DNA of 64,000 nucleotides from an uncultured Dehalococcoidia bacterium (GTDB lineage: Bacteria > Chloroflexota > Dehalococcoidia > Lucifugimonadales > CAJWUJ01), in NCBI GenBank assembly GCA_913047625.1, contig CAJWUJ010000002.1, positions 85,848-149,847 of the forward strand, in the 5' to 3' direction. The notes beneath the pieces were generated by a model. That model was not told the origin of the DNA, made no database searches, and was given only the letters and a program-made list of their open reading frames with translations. This document shows positions 60,081 to 64,000 of the stretch, one piece after another (position 1 is the first letter of the stretch; each line of letters starts with the position of its first letter). Both the position numbers and the translations under genes were made by a program.

Positions 60081-60638
60081 ATGCAAGATGATAAATTAAG
60101 TAGATTAATATGGATCGATCTTGAAATGACTGGTCTTCGTGATGAGGACGTGATTGTTGAGATTGCAACGCTTGTCACTGATGCATTTCTTAATGTTTTG
60201 GCAGAAGGTCCTGAAATTGCAATTTTTAGAACTGAGGAAGAATTAACTGGGATTGATCCTTGGGTGAAAGAACAACATACATCTTCGGGGCTATTAACTC
60301 GCGTGAAAGCGTCTGAAATTACTCTCCAAGAGGCTGAAAAACAAACATTAACATTTCTATCAGCTTGGGCAGAACCAGGTACTTTGCCTTTGTGTGGCAA
60401 CTCAGTATCAACTGACCGTAGGTTTATCCGCAAGGAAATGCCAGGTCTCGATCAATTCTTGCACTACAGGATTGTTGATGTGTCGACTGTCAAAGAACTG
60501 GTTCACAGGTGGTATCCTGAGATGATCGCTCCTGAAAAACAATCATCTCACACGGCTCTGGCTGATATCAGAGAAAGTATCGAAGAATTATTATGGTACA
60601 GGAATAATGTCTTTTTACCATCCAAACCTGACGCGTAA
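60081..60638 (+). CDS. orn: Oligoribonuclease
   Basis: WIDLEMTGL, HTSSGL, LCGNSV..DRRF, HYRIVDVSTVKEL, HTALADIRESIEEL. Confidence 0.96.
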   Translation: MQDDKLSRLIWIDLEMTGLRDEDVIVEIATLVTDAFLNVLAEGPEIAIFRTEEELTGIDPWVKEQHTSSGLLTRVKASEITLQEAEKQTLTFLSAWAEPGTLPLCGNSVSTDRRFIRKEMPGLDQFLHYRIVDVSTVKELVHRWYPEMIAPEKQSSHTALADIRESIEELLWYRNNVFLPSKPDA

Positions 60639-60639
60639 A

Positions 60640-62385
60640 TTAGCGGTCAAGAATTGGGAGGAGTATATGCGACGGGTAACTTGTAGTATGTAATACGGTT
60701 TGGGTAGCTTTTATAACATCTGCACTCTCGCCTAGTGGCAGCCCTGTGTTTGCATTGGCATTGTAGCGAGGGAAATTACTCGATGATATTTCTAAACGGA
60801 TTCGATGGCCAGCTTTGAATAGATTACTGGTAGATTTTAAATCAATGGTGTAACGATACACTGTACCAGGATCAATAAGTTCTTGTTGTGATGTACCATT
60901 CCTGTAGCGAGCTCTGATAATTCCCTCCGCTATATTCTTGGCAGTGCCACATTCGGTAACCTCGACAAGTTTGGCGGTGAAATCGGTATCTATTGCTGTC
61001 GTTGCGGCGTAGAGTACCACGGCAACTGGACCTGTAACCTCGGTATCCTGTTCTAGGACTGGGCTTGTATAGACAAGTACATCGTCTCTAGTTTCTACTT
61101 CCGATTGGTCAAATGGGCCCGCTGGTTCTGTAATAGCGTAGCAGCACAAGTTCCCTCCTCTTGTAGGAACAGGATTGAGAGGATCGAAGACGAAAGTGTC
61201 CTCGGGTTCATCTTGTGGTGATTGTCTAGTTAATGAGCCGTCTCCATGTAGGGAGTTGGCTTTCCCTTTACTGTGTAGGAAATACTCTAAATACTGTATG
61301 TCTGCGGGTGGCCATTGGGATTCTTCTCTCCACTCGTTCTTACCCATAACAAAAATTTTGACCGCGGGCTCGGATAAGATTCCTGTATCTTCTTCCTTCA
61401 ACCACTGATCAAACCAGCGCAGTTGGGCTCCGTCAGAGTCTATAAGAGCCTTTAAACCAAAATCAAAAGAACCAGTTTGATTACTGAAAGGGAATGGAGT
61501 ATGAGCCCATGGACCGATAAGAAGTTTTTGTGAGGAACGAGCAATGTCACTACCACCGTTCGCTTGCATGCCTACAAAATTTTTAAGCGTTCCACCGATG
61601 AAAATATCGTACCAGCCGCCGTAGTTGAATGCAGGAACAGTCACTGCACTATAATTGTCCTCAATTTTCCATGGTTTCCAGTAATCATCATCTGTTTCGT
61701 GTTTGATCCAGTCATAGTAGTATGGAGCAAGTCCTTCGCGTTTGAGAGGTGGAAAGTCCATTAATGGAAGGTGGCGCATGTATTCAACAAGATTGTTGTT
61801 TGCCTCTACTAATTTTGACCGGTCATTAAGTGCGGCTGGTAGATGACTAGAAATGCGCTGAAGATTTGCTAAAGTCAACTGACTGGTAGCCCATGATGCC
61901 GCGAACCATAGCTGGAAAGCTCCCCCTTCATATGTCCAACCGTCGTAGTATTGTGACGCGGTTACGCCGGGTGCCAGAGCTTTTAGGTAACCTGGTGTGG
62001 CAATTGCAGCTAGCCACTGTGTAGCACCAACGTACGATCTGCCGTACATGCCGACAGAACCAGTGGACCATGACTGAGTCCCGCACCAGTCAATGGTATC
62101 AACTCCGTCTGATGTTTCATCTTTAAAATTGTAGAAAACACCTTCAGATGCAAATCTGCCTCGAACATCTTGAATAACTACAGCATACCCGGAGGAAGCT
62201 GCTCTGATAGGATCAATGGTGAAGACGGAACCAAGACGGTTCGACTTATCATAGGGTGTCCTTTGGAGGAGAACAGGATGTTTTTCCCTACTATCGGGAC
62301 GATAAACATCTGCACGAAGCAGTGTGCCGTCACGCATTGGGATGTTTACATTTTGGTCTACAACGATAGAAGAGTATTGCGCCAT
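60640..62385 (-). CDS. CocE/NonD family serine hydrolase
   Basis: MRDG..LRADVYRP, QDVRGRFASEG, GRSYVG, GGWYD, GPWAH, ISSSNFPR. Confidence 0.93.
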   Translation of the reverse strand: MAQYSSIVVDQNVNIPMRDGTLLRADVYRPDSREKHPVLLQRTPYDKSNRLGSVFTIDPIRAASSGYAVVIQDVRGRFASEGVFYNFKDETSDGVDTIDWCGTQSWSTGSVGMYGRSYVGATQWLAAIATPGYLKALAPGVTASQYYDGWTYEGGAFQLWFAASWATSQLTLANLQRISSHLPAALNDRSKLVEANNNLVEYMRHLPLMDFPPLKREGLAPYYYDWIKHETDDDYWKPWKIEDNYSAVTVPAFNYGGWYDIFIGGTLKNFVGMQANGGSDIARSSQKLLIGPWAHTPFPFSNQTGSFDFGLKALIDSDGAQLRWFDQWLKEEDTGILSEPAVKIFVMGKNEWREESQWPPADIQYLEYFLHSKGKANSLHGDGSLTRQSPQDEPEDTFVFDPLNPVPTRGGNLCCYAITEPAGPFDQSEVETRDDVLVYTSPVLEQDTEVTGPVAVVLYAATTAIDTDFTAKLVEVTECGTAKNIAEGIIRARYRNGTSQQELIDPGTVYRYTIDLKSTSNLFKAGHRIRLEISSSNFPRYNANANTGLPLGESADVIKATQTVLHTTSYPSHILLPILDR

Positions 62386-62486
62386 TCAGGGTTCCTCCTT
62401 GCCTTGAATAGATGTATAGAAGAATATACTGTAGGTTCTACTAAAGCACAAGAACAGTCTTTTCTGTGAACACCAAGGCCTCAGTT

Positions 62487-62981
62487 TTAATGTACTAGGG
62501 TTTTCTTCATAGTGCAGTGTCGAATTCCAACCTCATCAAAAGGACGTCCGTCTTGTCGGTATCCAAGATATGAATAGAACTCCTTAACATACTCTTGGGC
62601 GTGTAAAACTATTTCCTGAAGATTTTTTTTACGAGCTTTATGTTCCAAAAAACCTAGGATAAGACTTCCTACACCTTGACGCCGGAAGGAAGGGTCAACA
62701 GCCATTCTACCAATAGATCCCGTTGTCTTTGAGACCGTGATAAGTCTGCCGGTACCAATAACTGTCTCAGCACTTGTTACTATCGCATGGAGTGCATCTT
62801 GGTCTAGTTCGTCAAGTTCGATTTCTGCAGAAATGCCTTGTTCATCTACGAAAACCGTGTGTCGAAGTTGATATACAGCTTTTCGTTCTGACAGAGACGT
62901 CACTTCTTTGATGCTGTAAGGTCTTGATTGCATAGTCATTATCGTGTCGGTATGGTCAATATTACATAAAGTAAGATCCAA
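62487..62981 (-). CDS. GNAT N-acetyltransferase (YjcF/ElaA-like)
   Basis: LRHTVFVDEQG, IGRMAV...RRQGVG, LHAQ, FY. Confidence 0.9.
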   Translation of the reverse strand: MDLTLCNIDHTDTIMTMQSRPYSIKEVTSLSERKAVYQLRHTVFVDEQGISAEIELDELDQDALHAIVTSAETVIGTGRLITVSKTTGSIGRMAVDPSFRRQGVGSLILGFLEHKARKKNLQEIVLHAQEYVKEFYSYLGYRQDGRPFDEVGIRHCTMKKTLVH

Positions 62982-62984
62982 TGG

Positions 62985-63539
62985 TTATGAAAAAATACTT
63001 TGGAATACAAAAGAACAACTGACAGCGACGGCATATCCGGCTACTACAACCAGAATAGCTCTAATAGTTGACTTGTAGTCCAGTGCAGCTCGCACGGCTA
63101 TAACGGTAGCTGCAAGGGTCCAGGAAACGCAGGCTAGCCCAAGCCACAAAGCAAGCACTTCTGCGAACGTGACTACAAGCGGTGTCGAGAATAGAAACAA
63201 GTTAGGTGTTTGAGCAAATCCGATGGTTCGGGCAACCTCGCCCCAAGTGGCTTGTGTTTGATTGGTATTAAAGAGAGTTACGCCTATAACATAGATGACT
63301 CCTGCTAAAAGAGCCCAGTAGATGATACCTTGCACTACGGCGAAGAGAGTATCACTTATAGACCAGCTGACTGGAACAGAGGAATTGGAATTTTCTAGCA
63401 GTACAAGAAACCAGACAGAAATTGCTAATTGAGAGAGCACAACAACGAGTACCGCTTGTATCGTTGCTCCTCGATCAGATTCAATCTCTTCATAGATTTC
63501 ATCTTTTAATAGTAAGGCACCAATTATGCGTCTCAGCAT
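62985..63539 (-). CDS. Yip1 family membrane protein
   Basis: YEEIESD, about 5 TM segments, RTIGFAQTP, AVRAALD. Confidence 0.75.
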   Translation of the reverse strand: MLRRIIGALLLKDEIYEEIESDRGATIQAVLVVVLSQLAISVWFLVLLENSNSSVPVSWSISDTLFAVVQGIIYWALLAGVIYVIGVTLFNTNQTQATWGEVARTIGFAQTPNLFLFSTPLVVTFAEVLALWLGLACVSWTLAATVIAVRAALDYKSTIRAILVVVAGYAVAVSCSFVFQSIFS

Positions 63540-63599
63540 TTCCGTAAACTCCGATCAAGGTTGTTTTTGAGGTGACTTGATGGTTTTCTCCAGCGAGTA

Positions 63600-64000
63600 C
63601 TATTCTGCAGTCCATCCCCCATCAATAACCAGTTCAGACCCAGTGACAAAAGAAGACTCATCACTCGCGAGATAGACAGCTCCATAAGCAATATCTTCTC
63701 CTGTACCAATCCGTCCTAGTGGAATTTTGTCGAGATGGCTTTTAAGAGTCGAAGTTCCAGGTTTGAGACGCTCGTTAGTGAATGGAGTGAGAACAACGCC
63801 AGGGTGAATGGAATTAACGCGGATATGTTCGTGAGCATGCCTGATTGCAGTAACCTTGGAAAAAATACGCACTGCTCCTTTAGACGTTTGGTAGGCGGGT
63901 GAACTAAGTTTACTTCCTACCATTCCCATCTGAGAAGAAAGATTTATAATAGATCCTCCTCCATTACTGCGCATTGCAGGAATGACCGATTTTGTCCCCA
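63600..64000 (-). CDS. SDR family oxidoreductase, partial (starts beyond the right edge)
   Basis: GSIINLSS, YQTSK (YxxxK), IRVNSIHPG, GSELVIDGG. The frame is open to the window edge. Confidence 0.92.
   Translation of the reverse strand, partial: GTKSVIPAMRSNGGGSIINLSSQMGMVGSKLSSPAYQTSKGAVRIFSKVTAIRHAHEHIRVNSIHPGVVLTPFTNERLKPGTSTLKSHLDKIPLGRIGTGEDIAYGAVYLASDESSFVTGSELVIDGGWTAE

Noticed and set aside
1-64000. CRISPR arrays, IS elements, prophage or defence genes
   Set aside because: No regularly spaced repeats, transposase, integrase, cas or phage motifs were seen by eye

Overview
Gene-dense bacterial chromosomal segment with moderately low GC. It most resembles a SAR202-type Chloroflexota (Dehalococcoidia) genome; this is inferred from the RpoB/RpoC insertions, the stand-alone rpoBC and the many paralogous CoA-transferases, hydantoinases/oxoprolinases, LLM, RidA, VOC and amidohydrolases. 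Housekeeping genes are tRNA-Asp(GTC), rpoB-rpoC, pckA and orn. Most of the rest is catabolic, dominated by C-N bond hydrolases. I found no integrase, transposase, prophage or CRISPR array. Main observations: (1) a peroxiredoxin-fold gene at 55647-56102 with an in-frame UGA at the peroxidatic Cys position and a downstream hairpin, a probable selenoprotein truncated by the ORF track; (2) a thiocyanate-hydrolase-type cobalt enzyme with fused beta+gamma subunits, placed behind an AtuA-like/DUF4387 pair and an apparently leaderless promoter; (3) a peptidase S51/cyanophycinase-like domain fused to a CysRS-type anticodon-binding domain directly downstream of tRNA-Asp; (4) several enzyme homologues with altered catalytic motifs (AroQ-like, asparaginase-like, GGT-like, triple Rid); (5) a 14-bp inverted repeat bracketing a hydrolase gene. 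All family assignments come from motifs recognised by eye, not from database searches.
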